Shown: positions 63,767 to 64,000 of the stretch, in pieces | Numbering within the stretch: the first letter of the stretch is position 1 | Layout: the number at the start of each line of letters is the position of its first letter | Origin: Podarcis cretensis | Lineage: Eukaryota | Direction of reading: 5' to 3' | NCBI GenBank assembly: GCA_951804945.1 | Contig: OX638149.1 | Coordinates: 79,360,001 to 79,424,000, forward strand | Length of the DNA: 64,000 nt | Notes under the pieces: model-generated | Database searches by the model: none | Told to the model about the DNA's origin: nothing | Seen by the model: only the letters and a program-made list of their open reading frames with translations | Position numbers and translations under genes: made by a program

Positions 63767-64000
63767 TATACACTTTGCATTAATATCTGAGCTTGCTATG
63801 AGAATTCTTCTTGTGTTCTTTGTTCAGTCTTGCTGACTTGGGACAACGTTTGGCATTCCCACCAATAAACCCTCACAAAACCTCATAACTGGTTAAAGGA
63901 TGAAGTCATCTTTGTGCACCAGAACTTGGAATCAAGACACAGGGAGGCCTAACATACTAGACAGGAAGGGAGGTAGTAATCTTTTCCAGCAGGTCTCCCA

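Overview
Vertebrate genomic DNA, almost certainly from a lacertid-type lizard (young Sauria SINEs with (ACCTTT)n tails, lizard-type L1/CR1/Penelope/MITE repeats). The window matches the human 11p15.5 block in reverse. It holds an inferred SLC25A22 3' UTR at the left edge, CEND1 (+, single coding exon 19584-20006), GATD1/PDDC1 (+, 8 coding exons 29811-37330), TALDO1 (-, 8 coding exons 48661-39005, 337 aa) and the last six coding exons of EPS8L2 (-, SH3 and effector/SAM region, 62528-55871). All exons were reconstructed by hand with GT-AG boundaries and consistent phases. Most ORF-track entries are spurious. I found no new protein-coding system. The most interesting signals are transposon-gene interactions. 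(1) An inverted pair of Sauria SINEs tightly brackets TALDO1 exons 2-6, a 738-nt phase-symmetric block that would circularise into a stop-free frame. (2) The 18-bp target-site duplication of an L1 insertion copied an EPS8L2 5' splice site. (3) A TATA box is placed so that transcription would start almost on TALDO1 Met1, which bears on the NLS+/NLS- isoform choice. (4) A disabled Penelope hammerhead ribozyme lies on the TALDO1 sense strand. (5) A solo LTR points into the TALDO1 promoter.
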